Source: Eubacteriales bacterium (GTDB lineage: Bacteria; Bacillota; Clostridia; Oscillospirales; CAG-272). From it: a stretch of DNA of 63,012 nucleotides. The notes under the pieces were generated by a model that ran no database searches, was not told the origin of the DNA, and worked only from the letters and a program-made list of their open reading frames with translations. Where the stretch lies: positions 1-63,012 of the forward strand of contig JAZLAO010000143.1 in NCBI GenBank assembly GCA_045613205.1, read 5' to 3'. How positions within the stretch are numbered: the stretch's first letter is position 1; every line of letters starts with the position of its first letter. The translations under genes and the position numbers were made by a program. This document shows positions 38,410 to 46,580 of this stretch, in pieces.

Positions 38410-38889
38410 TTATTTTGTAACACGCTTATAAAGCTTTCTGATTTCTGCGTCGGAGACACCGACAAAAATTTCTCGAGCCGCTGAAAGCTCGGATTCCGAC
38501 ATGGAGCCGTTTTGCGCGGCGGAAACGGTACGTGTAGCAACGAGGTGTGAGCGGTTATCCTTTTTTTGCCGTTTAGCCGTAGCAAGATAGGCTTCAACCG
38601 GAGTGAGTCCGAGGTCGCGCAGAGCAGCATAACGCAGGGGGTCGTTAAGTTCGGTGATGTCCGTAAGAGAAGATAATTCTCCGAACTCTTCCCTTAGAAC
38701 ACGCAAGTCTTCTTCGACAACAGCTGCGTAATCGATATCGCTGTTAGCGTTATGCTCGAGCTCTTCGTTTTGGGGAACGTCCTCGGTTTGCATCCTATCC
38801 GTGTCAATTTCCGGAGGTTCGATTGCCAAGGCGGCACTGGTGTCTTGTAAATTTTTATTTACATTTTCAATATCTTTGGTATCAGTCAT
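38410..38889 (-). CDS. Putative scaffolding protein
   Basis: Acidic disordered N-terminus, helical C-terminus, position before capsid. Confidence 0.5.
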   Translation of the reverse strand: MTDTKDIENVNKNLQDTSAALAIEPPEIDTDRMQTEDVPQNEELEHNANSDIDYAAVVEEDLRVLREEFGELSSLTDITELNDPLRYAALRDLGLTPVEAYLATAKRQKKDNRSHLVATRTVSAAQNGSMSESELSAAREIFVGVSDAEIRKLYKRVTK

Positions 38890-39023
38890 TTCTTAGTGCC
38901 TCCGCGCAGGTCACCGTTCCCTGTGATTTTGGAAGAGGCGGGCTCCTTTTTATTCGAGCCACGGGGTGCATCTATTTTCGTAGGGTTGTAGGTTCCGTAG
39001 GGAGAGTATTCTTTGTTTTTCAT
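38886..39023 (-). CDS. 45-aa basic small protein (not in ORF track)
   Basis: MKNKEYSPYGTYNPTKIDAPRGSNKKEPASSKITGNGDLRGGTKK*; AAAGGA RBS; TGA overlaps next ATG (ATGA). Confidence 0.7.
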   Translation of the reverse strand: MKNKEYSPYGTYNPTKIDAPRGSNKKEPASSKITGNGDLRGGTKK

Positions 39024-39070
39024 ATCTTTTTCCTTTCTGTTTATTTATCGGCATTGCCGCTTTCGGCAGC

Positions 39071-39769
39071 TCACTTGTTTTTGAGATATTCAATATAGTC
39101 GGAGCTGTAATAGTTTTGTCGGTTTATTTTGTCTGCATATTCTGCAAGCTCTTCTGCTTCGCTTTCAGAAAGTCCAAGAGCCAAGGAATATTCGAGCGCC
39201 TGGGTTCTGCCGAAATTTTGACCTATTATAGTTTTGAGTGCGTTCTCTCGGGTTTTGCGTCTCACGCTGTCGCTTGCGTTTTTTGCCGCAAGCTCTGCCG
39301 AGCTTTCCGAAAGACCTTGTTCAAGTGCGAATTTGTAAGCCTTTTCGTAGTCCAATATACCTGCATCAGCGATAGCGCTTACTACGTTTTCATAGTTTGA
39401 CTTTTCCTCTTTTGCAAGTGCCGTGAGGTATTCCGAGTAACCCTTTCGGTTTTTGAGCTCGTTTTCGGCATACTTGTTTCTTGCGCTTTCCTTTCGCTTC
39501 TGCATTTCCGAATAGGCTTTGCCGTTAAGATAATCCGAGTATCCGCTTGCAGTAAGTCCGAGGCTGGAAAGACTTTCTGCAAGGGCTCCGTACTCACTTT
39601 TCGACGTCTTATAATCGCTCGTTATGTCGCGGATGGAATCGGCGTATATTTTCTCCGATTTTATTCCGTTTTCACTGAGCCAACGGCGATAATCTTCTTC
39701 GCTTGTTGTATGCTTTTTGTTTTGCACGTAGGATTTTACAAAATCCTGAAGAGTTGGGGCTTTTGTCAT
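39071..39769 (-). CDS. Helical hypothetical protein, candidate internal/ejection protein
   Basis: YGALAESLSSLGLTASGYSDY motif; ATGA-coupled to portal. Confidence 0.55.
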   Translation of the reverse strand: MTKAPTLQDFVKSYVQNKKHTTSEEDYRRWLSENGIKSEKIYADSIRDITSDYKTSKSEYGALAESLSSLGLTASGYSDYLNGKAYSEMQKRKESARNKYAENELKNRKGYSEYLTALAKEEKSNYENVVSAIADAGILDYEKAYKFALEQGLSESSAELAAKNASDSVRRKTRENALKTIIGQNFGRTQALEYSLALGLSESEAEELAEYADKINRQNYYSSDYIEYLKNK

Positions 39770-41577
39770 TCGAACACCTCCGTCATAGATTTTTCAGCCA
39801 TAGTTTGCTCTTCTTCGGCTGCAAGGGTGAAATATTCTACGTTTTCTCTTGCGTAGGGGTAATGAGCTCTTTCCTGACATTGCCAATAGCGAAGAAGCGT
39901 TACGCTTTTTGATGGGTCACCGAGAGTTCCCGCTTTGAGATTTTCGAGATTTCTCTCCCACAGCGCCTCGCGCTGATATTCAGCGCCGCCGTTCAGGTCT
40001 ACCGAGAAAAGATAAGCGTCGTCATAGTAATATTCACCGGAAGTTATGTCGTACTCAATAAAATCGTATCTGTTAAACTCCGAATTGTGCACACGGCCGT
40101 AAGCATCGCGGAAGCTGAGGGAGCGCGGCTCGTCAGCGAACGCCAGATATTGCTCGAATACGAGTCTGTCTATTTTGGCGTAGGCGGTGTGTTTCATTTT
40201 CTTTTTTGATTCAAGTCTGCCGGATGCTTGGGAAATTTTGAGCTGCCTTGCGTATCCCGATTCCGGGGTGTATGCGTCAAGTCCCTGAAGCGCATCAGAT
40301 ATACCGAGTATTCTTTTTGAGTGCTCGTAAAGTCTTTCCGCTTCTGCTATATCCTGGGAGATATCTGGGGTCGTGTCAACTTTTCCATACTGTGAAGCGC
40401 TTTCACCGGGCTTCATTTTAATTACTTGTCCAAAAACAGAATTGTTTAGAGAAATGCTCGCATCCTCCGGGACTATGGGCGTTATTCCGGCCCTTAGTAG
40501 CTTTTGAAGAATTCTTGACTCGATTTTGTTTATCGCCTGCTGCTCGGGACGTATGTACTCGCAGTCGGATTGACCGAAAAGAGAGTCACCGAACGAGGTG
40601 TTTTTGCGGATGACTATGGGGAAGGATTTTGGGGTGTAGTACGGGATTTCGGTATCCTTCATAATAAATTCATTATTTCGCCTTACAAGCCGTCCGTCCT
40701 CAATTTCCGGGGAAGCCGGAAGAATTTTCGTTCCGTCCCGCAAAAGAATTTCAGAAGAAACCCTCTCAAAAATTTCGTCCTTGTCTACAAGCTTCTTTTT
40801 GCTGCATCTGCAAACATCTTCTTCATTTCCGCAGGCAGCACACACTTTTATTTTGCGCCTGTAATATTTTGGCATGTCAAACAGTGTGAGCGAACCCGAG
40901 AAAATGAATTTTCCTATTTCACCGTCCTCGTCCTTGTAGAAGGTTACTATAATCACCGCTGTGTCGGTATCAGTGCTTTCACTGTCGTTGATTTCGTATT
41001 CCGCAAGTTCAAGCTCCTCCGAGGTGATACCGTAGCGCCGTGTAAGCTCTCCGCGGGTTGTTCTCAGCTTCAAGAAGCAATATTCCATATCTTCTATTGC
41101 GGATATGTCGGGCTGGGGGATGAAATTCATAGGAGAAATGCAATAAAGTCGCACGCCTCCCACCTCTTTTCCAAGCTTTAATGAATTGTCCCACTCAACG
41201 TACCATACGCTGCCGCCGAAAATGTAAGTATATCGTTCATCAATATCGTTCATCTCTTCATAAGGCAGCTTGTCACGCACGGAATAAAGCAGCCGTTCTA
41301 TCGCAAGAGCATTTCTGCTCCTTTTTTCGCTGTAGCAGGCAGCGTCTACCTTGGGGTGAGGAATGTCGGAGGAAACCTGACTCTCAACTATTTCGTAGGT
41401 AATGTTACGTACGGTAACTGCTCTTTCCGAAGAGCCGTCTATATCCTCTGAGCCTCTATACTGCTTCATATGTCTTTCATAAAGAGATTCGGCTTCGGAG
41501 TTTGAGTTTTTTGCGTTTTCATAAAGTGCTGCAAAAAATTCAAGCCTTGCTTCCTTGTTTGTGTTTTCAGTTTTCAA
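39766..41577 (-). CDS. Portal protein (P22-like, long)
   Basis: 603 aa directly after terminase; NITYEIVESQV, GGSVWYVEWD, SLFGQSD, KRILGISDALQG. Confidence 0.75.
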   Translation of the reverse strand: MKTENTNKEARLEFFAALYENAKNSNSEAESLYERHMKQYRGSEDIDGSSERAVTVRNITYEIVESQVSSDIPHPKVDAACYSEKRSRNALAIERLLYSVRDKLPYEEMNDIDERYTYIFGGSVWYVEWDNSLKLGKEVGGVRLYCISPMNFIPQPDISAIEDMEYCFLKLRTTRGELTRRYGITSEELELAEYEINDSESTDTDTAVIIVTFYKDEDGEIGKFIFSGSLTLFDMPKYYRRKIKVCAACGNEEDVCRCSKKKLVDKDEIFERVSSEILLRDGTKILPASPEIEDGRLVRRNNEFIMKDTEIPYYTPKSFPIVIRKNTSFGDSLFGQSDCEYIRPEQQAINKIESRILQKLLRAGITPIVPEDASISLNNSVFGQVIKMKPGESASQYGKVDTTPDISQDIAEAERLYEHSKRILGISDALQGLDAYTPESGYARQLKISQASGRLESKKKMKHTAYAKIDRLVFEQYLAFADEPRSLSFRDAYGRVHNSEFNRYDFIEYDITSGEYYYDDAYLFSVDLNGGAEYQREALWERNLENLKAGTLGDPSKSVTLLRYWQCQERAHYPYARENVEYFTLAAEEEQTMAEKSMTEVFE

Positions 41578-42944
41578 ATTGGTTCTCCGTATTTACGTTT
41601 TAAATAAAGTTTTTCGTCATCGCTGGCAGCGTTAAAATCTTCCCACATATCCCTTGTCCATGCAGTACGCCTTACGTGTCCGTCTTCTTTTACGGGACGG
41701 GCGTGAAAAATAGCAAATCCGCGCAATGCATCGGGGGCGTGAGTTATTGCGTGAGGTTCGTTAGAACAGTCAGTTGGACGTATTTTGTCTACGGTAAGTG
41801 CAGGAAGGCATTTTATGAACTCGGTGCAAACAGAGAATATTTGAAGTTTTGCCCCCGCTCCCGTGTCCTGTAAAAGCTCTTTTATGGCAAGCCACCCGGT
41901 TTCTCTGTCATTCGACGTTTTTGTAAAATTCACACCGTATTCCGAAAAAAGAGAGGCTTTAGTGCGTCCTGTTTCCTGACTGCGACTCCAAAGGTCAGGC
42001 GGTGCAAGGGTGGCATAAATATCCTCACCCTTTGGAGTCCTTGCCAAAATTGCCGCGCAGGATGCGCTTATCGGAAGGTCGGAGGCACAGAATTCCCGAT
42101 ACACGTAAGCTCGGCTGTCGGGACTTACGGCAATCCAAAGACATACGAGTCTGTCCAGACCGTAGTCAATAGTCCTGTATTTTCTCCAGTTGCTTGGTAT
42201 TTCGAACGCCTCACAAACGTGCTTTTCGCGTGAAAACTCTGAAAAATACTGTCCTTCAAAGATGTTCCAATCACCGTAAAGCAGGGCTTTTTTCTCTCTT
42301 TCGGGCAGAGCCAGAAGCCTGTTTTTGTAATCGGGGTCGCCGTTTTTTAAAAAACTGTTGTCGTCAAGGAGCGAGGGAATGAAAATTCTTGTCATACCGT
42401 CTTTTCCTCGAAAGGAGCGTCCCGGATTTCCGGAATCTATAAAGCGCGCCTTAACCCAGCTGTGACCGATTCCTCCGGGATTCGTTGATGATTTAATTTG
42501 TTTGGGATAACTGTTCGCTCCTCTGACTCGAGAGATAAGATATACGTATTGGGCTTCGGTGAAGTGCGTAAGCTCGTCAAATCTTATAACGTCGTATTCT
42601 GCACTTTGATATTGATAGACGTCGTTTTCTGTTGCGCAATAGCCGAAGTCTATTACCGAGCCGTTTTTAAACCTGCCGGTGTGCGATGATGAGTTGAAAG
42701 TATAGATTTGTCTTGGGAATAGTGCAAGGGAAGTTCGTATAAGAGATTTTTCGAGCTCTGCAAAGGTTCTTCTCAATACCAGCTGCTTTGAGGCAGGGTA
42801 GGTCAGGGCGAAAAGCAGCGCGTCCACCATTTGACCGTATGATTTGCCGCCTCCCGCCGCTCCGCCAAAGAGAACCTCGGATTCCGATGCGTCGATAAAA
42901 AGCTTTTGCTTTTCTGTAACTGAGAGATTAAGCTTCACCGGCAC
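41574..42944 (-). CDS. Terminase large subunit
   Basis: Walker A GGAAGGGKS, Walker B IRFDELTHF, STNP, nuclease TIDYG and HAPDALR. Confidence 0.92.
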   Translation of the reverse strand: MPVKLNLSVTEKQKLFIDASESEVLFGGAAGGGKSYGQMVDALLFALTYPASKQLVLRRTFAELEKSLIRTSLALFPRQIYTFNSSSHTGRFKNGSVIDFGYCATENDVYQYQSAEYDVIRFDELTHFTEAQYVYLISRVRGANSYPKQIKSSTNPGGIGHSWVKARFIDSGNPGRSFRGKDGMTRIFIPSLLDDNSFLKNGDPDYKNRLLALPEREKKALLYGDWNIFEGQYFSEFSREKHVCEAFEIPSNWRKYRTIDYGLDRLVCLWIAVSPDSRAYVYREFCASDLPISASCAAILARTPKGEDIYATLAPPDLWSRSQETGRTKASLFSEYGVNFTKTSNDRETGWLAIKELLQDTGAGAKLQIFSVCTEFIKCLPALTVDKIRPTDCSNEPHAITHAPDALRGFAIFHARPVKEDGHVRRTAWTRDMWEDFNAASDDEKLYLKRKYGEPI

Positions 42945-43284
42945 CGTTCGCTATCACCTCGAGAGTGACGTTAAGCTCACCGTCTTCCTTTTCCTTTTCT
43001 TTTTCACCCATTCCGTATTCCGCACTCAGAAGAAACTTTGAAAACGATGAGTCATATCGCCGTGTCAACGCTCCGTCTATAAGGTAATCCCTCCTAATTT
43101 CGCTGCATTCGCGATAGGCTCGTTCAAATTCGCTGTGCTTTCTGAAACATGCGATTTCTTCTAGGGTTGCTCCGATGCTTCTTGCAAATTTCTCAAAGCT
43201 CGGTGCACCCGGTTCGGAATAGGTGATAAAAAAAGTGTAGAGCTGACGCGGTAAATTCTCTGTGTATTTGATTTTTTTCTTCAC
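42928..43284 (-). CDS. Terminase small subunit
   Basis: 118-aa helical protein overlapping terL start; GTG start with GGAGG RBS. Confidence 0.65.
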   Translation of the reverse strand: MKKKIKYTENLPRQLYTFFITYSEPGAPSFEKFARSIGATLEEIACFRKHSEFERAYRECSEIRRDYLIDGALTRRYDSSFSKFLLSAEYGMGEKEKEKEDGELNVTLEVIANGAGEA

Positions 43285-43547
43285 ACCGCATATCCTCCGT
43301 ATTCATTTGGTCTATACTTTCATTCGCCTGTTTTGCCGCTGTGCTATTTTCGCTGAAGGGCGGTGAGGTATTATCCGGAATTGACCTCTCGTCCCTGCGG
43401 CAATTTCATTTTAGCACGCTTTCTGCTTCAAGTAAGTATAGTGCGGTTACAAAAAACACTGGTGAATTTCGTTCTTGCTTTGTGCATTTTGCACAATAAA
43501 CGCGTCGGGTTTTTCAAAAGGCGAAGTAAATATTTTATTAAATACCC

Positions 43548-43576
43548 TTGCGCTACGCGCACAAATATGTTATAAT
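43548..43576 (+). promoter_or_regulatory. sigmaA promoter
   Basis: TTGCGC-17-TATAAT with extended TG. Confidence 0.65.
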
Positions 43577-43636
43577 ATATTAAAATTAACTGAAATTTTG
43601 CCGAAACTGAACGCTAATCAATAAACGGAGAAAAAA

Positions 43637-45256
43637 ATGCAAGAAAAATTCATAAGCCTACTGTATCCTTCCGAAGAGTCGAGAAAATATCACTCGGATA
43701 TAGACAATCTGCCTGATATATCAGAGGACGTGTGTGATGAGCTCGGGCTTAACGAAATATTTAATTTAAAAAATTGTTCACTGACCGATTTTTTTACGAC
43801 CGATGCCGATGTGATACTATACCGTCAGGCAACGGTGAGAGATATGCTTGAAATACCCGAGATTAAGGAAACTCTTGCAAAGGCTCACCCGGTTCTCGAC
43901 GATATCCAGGAGCTGCGCCGCCTTGATAGCGAAGCCACGTCGTCTGCAGATTCATACCTTTACAGCATAACCGAAATAGAGCTTTACGTTTCGTGCATTG
44001 ATATTCTGCGCTCGGGACTTTTGCCCGTGCGTAACAAAATGAAGAGCGAGGCTTTTATAAGGCTTGCCGATTTTATAGCCGAGCTTACCTCTTCGGAATA
44101 TTACAAGGAGCTTAATGAGAAGCTTGAAAAGCTGGCTGCAAGAGTGCACGAGGTTAAGAGTATAACGGTCGGAGTGAATCTCGATAATCAGCTACGCCCC
44201 TCTTCTGCCGGGGTAATATCCATAAATTCCGAGCCCTTCAAGTCGGGAAAAGTGCTGGATAAAATATTGCGTCTTTCATTTAAGAATGATGCCTTTACTT
44301 GTATTGCAGAACTTTTGCCTTTCGGAAAGGGACAGAGTGATAATAAGAAAGAAGCTCTTATCGGAGCTTTTAACGGAGCTATTGAAGAGGTCTTACGCGC
44401 ATCTGTCAAGGGTTGGCGCGCGATAGTTGGCGAGTACGTGCTTGATAACACGGACTTTCTTTTGAAAATGCTGCCTGAAATAGAATTTGTGAGCCGTGCG
44501 ACAGAGCTTATAAAGCAGCTTGAAAATCATCCGGGTTGCAGCGTATGTATGCCGGATGTAAGACCTATCGGGGAGAAGACTTTTAATGCAGAGGGGCTCT
44601 ATAATCCCAGAGTTGCTTTGGCTATCGACGAAAGAATAGTCACGAATGATTTTTGCTTTGACGATGACGCAAGGATATATGTATTGACAGGTCCTAACCG
44701 CGGTGGAAAATCGGTTATAACCGTAGCGGTCGGTGCAACGCAGGCTTTTATGCAGCTTGGCCTGCCCGTTCCTGCCCTTAAGGCTCAAATATCTCCCGTT
44801 AACGGAATATTTACTCATTTTCCCGAGGGCGCAGACGATACAATAGATAAGGGAAGACTTGGCGAGGAGTGCGCACGTCTTAAAGAAATATTTGATTCCG
44901 TAACGGCTGACAGTATGATACTTCTTGACGAATCGCTTTCGTCTACGGGCGCGTATGAGGCGTCATATATTGCTTCGGAAATACTTACGGGATTCGCTGC
45001 AATGAGATTGCGCGGTATATTTTCTACACATTTACACGAGCTCGCTTCAAGCGTTCCTGAAATAAATGAGCGTTCTCTTTTTCACGGCGGAGTGAAAATA
45101 GATACTCTCGTTGCCGGCATGGAAGAGGGAGAACGTTCCTTCAAAATACACAGAATGAAGCCCGACGGAAAATCCTATGCCAGAGATATTGCTGACAAAT
45201 ACGGACTTTCTTTTGATAATCTTATGGCAAGAGCGGAGGAGAAAAGGAAAAAATGA
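43637..45256 (+). CDS. Short MutS-family protein (ATPase domain V, no mismatch-recognition domain)
   Basis: LTGPNRGGKS, IFTHF, ILLDESLSST, STHLHEL, GKSYA..IA. Confidence 0.85.
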   Translation: MQEKFISLLYPSEESRKYHSDIDNLPDISEDVCDELGLNEIFNLKNCSLTDFFTTDADVILYRQATVRDMLEIPEIKETLAKAHPVLDDIQELRRLDSEATSSADSYLYSITEIELYVSCIDILRSGLLPVRNKMKSEAFIRLADFIAELTSSEYYKELNEKLEKLAARVHEVKSITVGVNLDNQLRPSSAGVISINSEPFKSGKVLDKILRLSFKNDAFTCIAELLPFGKGQSDNKKEALIGAFNGAIEEVLRASVKGWRAIVGEYVLDNTDFLLKMLPEIEFVSRATELIKQLENHPGCSVCMPDVRPIGEKTFNAEGLYNPRVALAIDERIVTNDFCFDDDARIYVLTGPNRGGKSVITVAVGATQAFMQLGLPVPALKAQISPVNGIFTHFPEGADDTIDKGRLGEECARLKEIFDSVTADSMILLDESLSSTGAYEASYIASEILTGFAAMRLRGIFSTHLHELASSVPEINERSLFHGGVKIDTLVAGMEEGERSFKIHRMKPDGKSYARDIADKYGLSFDNLMARAEEKRKK

Positions 45257-46092
45257 GCGTAATCATCGGAATTGACGTGGGTGGGAGCACGACTAAAATA
45301 GTCGGTTTTCGTCTTGACGGAGAAGAGCGTAAGCTCATTGCACCGCAGTTTGTTCGTGCAAATGACCCGGTTACCTCAACCTACGGTGCTTTCGGTAAAT
45401 TTACCGACGAAAACAGAATTTCAATAAAGGAAATTGATAAGATAATGATGACCGGTGTCGGCTCGTCATTTGTAAAAAGAGACCTTTACGGTCTTGATTG
45501 CCAGAGAGTTCCCGAATTTAATGCGATAGGCTGCGGCGGACTGTATATTTCGGGCCTAAAAAATGCCCTCGTGGTCAGCATGGGCACGGGAACAGCTATA
45601 GTTCACGCGACGGAAAACGAAATGCGCTATCTTGGCGGAACCGGTGTGGGCGGCGGAACTCTCGTAGGACTTTCGAAGCTTCTTCTGTCTGCTGAAACTA
45701 TAGCTCATATAGAGGAATACGCAGATGGCGGCGATCTTGCAAATATAGACCTTCGCATAAAGGATATAACGGCAGGCTCAAAGGCAAGTGTTCTTTCAGA
45801 AGACCTAACGGCTTCGAATTTCGGAAACGTTTCGGATATTGCTTCCAAAAACGACGTTGCACTCGGCATTTTGAATATGGTGTACGAAACGATAGGAATG
45901 GTATCTATATTTGCTGCAAGGAGTGCGGGTGTTGACAACGTTGTCTGGACGGGAAACTTAACGCGACTTGCTTTTTGCAAAGAAAAAGCAGATTTCTTTA
46001 ACAGTCTTAAATCTACTTACGGGGTGAACTTTCTGATGCCTGAGCGTTCAGAGTATGCAACTGTGATAGGAACGGCATTGCACGGCCTTTGA
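45253..46092 (+). CDS. Type II pantothenate kinase-like (ASKHA) protein
   Basis: GIDVGGSTTK, MTGVGS, VSMGTGT, GGTGVGGGTL, TASNFG. Confidence 0.8.
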   Translation: MSVIIGIDVGGSTTKIVGFRLDGEERKLIAPQFVRANDPVTSTYGAFGKFTDENRISIKEIDKIMMTGVGSSFVKRDLYGLDCQRVPEFNAIGCGGLYISGLKNALVVSMGTGTAIVHATENEMRYLGGTGVGGGTLVGLSKLLLSAETIAHIEEYADGGDLANIDLRIKDITAGSKASVLSEDLTASNFGNVSDIASKNDVALGILNMVYETIGMVSIFAARSAGVDNVVWTGNLTRLAFCKEKADFFNSLKSTYGVNFLMPERSEYATVIGTALHGL

Positions 46093-46135
46093 GAACCTTG
46101 ACAAATATCCCAAAAAAAGAAAGGGGACTTGTTCT

Positions 46136-46552
46136 GTGAACATTCTTCGTTTTATGATTCCCAAAAGCTCGGTTGAGTATATAAGCACTCAAAGCACAGT
46201 GCGACAGGCGCTTGAAAAAATGCGATACCATCACTACGTTGCAATACCGGTGCTGAATGACGAGGGAATTTACGTAGGAACACTGCGTAATGACGATATT
46301 TTTAAGTATTTCTTAGATAATGGCAAGTTTGATTCGCGCGCAGCCGAGCGGGACAGCGTAATGAGTATTCTGGATAGGGACTATTCAAAACCGATGTATC
46401 ATAACGCTTCGGTTAATGAGCTCATAGAAAACGTCAAGGAGCATAATTTTGTGCCGGTGGTCGATGACCGCGGTTGTTTCATAGGAATGATTTTAAGACG
46501 AGACGTGCTTAATTTTCTTCTGAAATATTACGAATCCGCAAAGGATGAATAA
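46136..46552 (+). CDS. CBS domain protein
   Basis: Tandem CBS motifs IPVLNDEGIYVGTL, VPVVDDRGCFIGMILRRDVL. Confidence 0.88.
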   Translation: MNILRFMIPKSSVEYISTQSTVRQALEKMRYHHYVAIPVLNDEGIYVGTLRNDDIFKYFLDNGKFDSRAAERDSVMSILDRDYSKPMYHNASVNELIENVKEHNFVPVVDDRGCFIGMILRRDVLNFLLKYYESAKDE

Positions 46553-46580
46553 AAAGGATTTTTAAAAAGGAGGGGTGGTT

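Larger units (their letters stand above)
30665..43284 (-). mobile_element. Phage-derived packaging/head/short-tail module without integration, replication or lysis genes (GTA-like or cryptic prophage remnant)
   Basis: 14 co-oriented, overlapping/adjacent ORFs including terminase, portal, capsid, adaptor, tail hub; housekeeping-type neighbours. Confidence 0.75.

Noticed and set aside
30665-43284. Complete inducible prophage
   Set aside because: No integrase, repressor, replication or lysin genes, no flanking att repeats noticed, and too short; decay cannot be fully excluded, but no pseudogenes are seen.
43285-43450. Sporulation-sigma promoter for the terminase operon
   Set aside because: Only partial matches (an extended -10 TGCTAAAAT; a GTATA..GGAGG motif that is the RBS); not sufficient to call.
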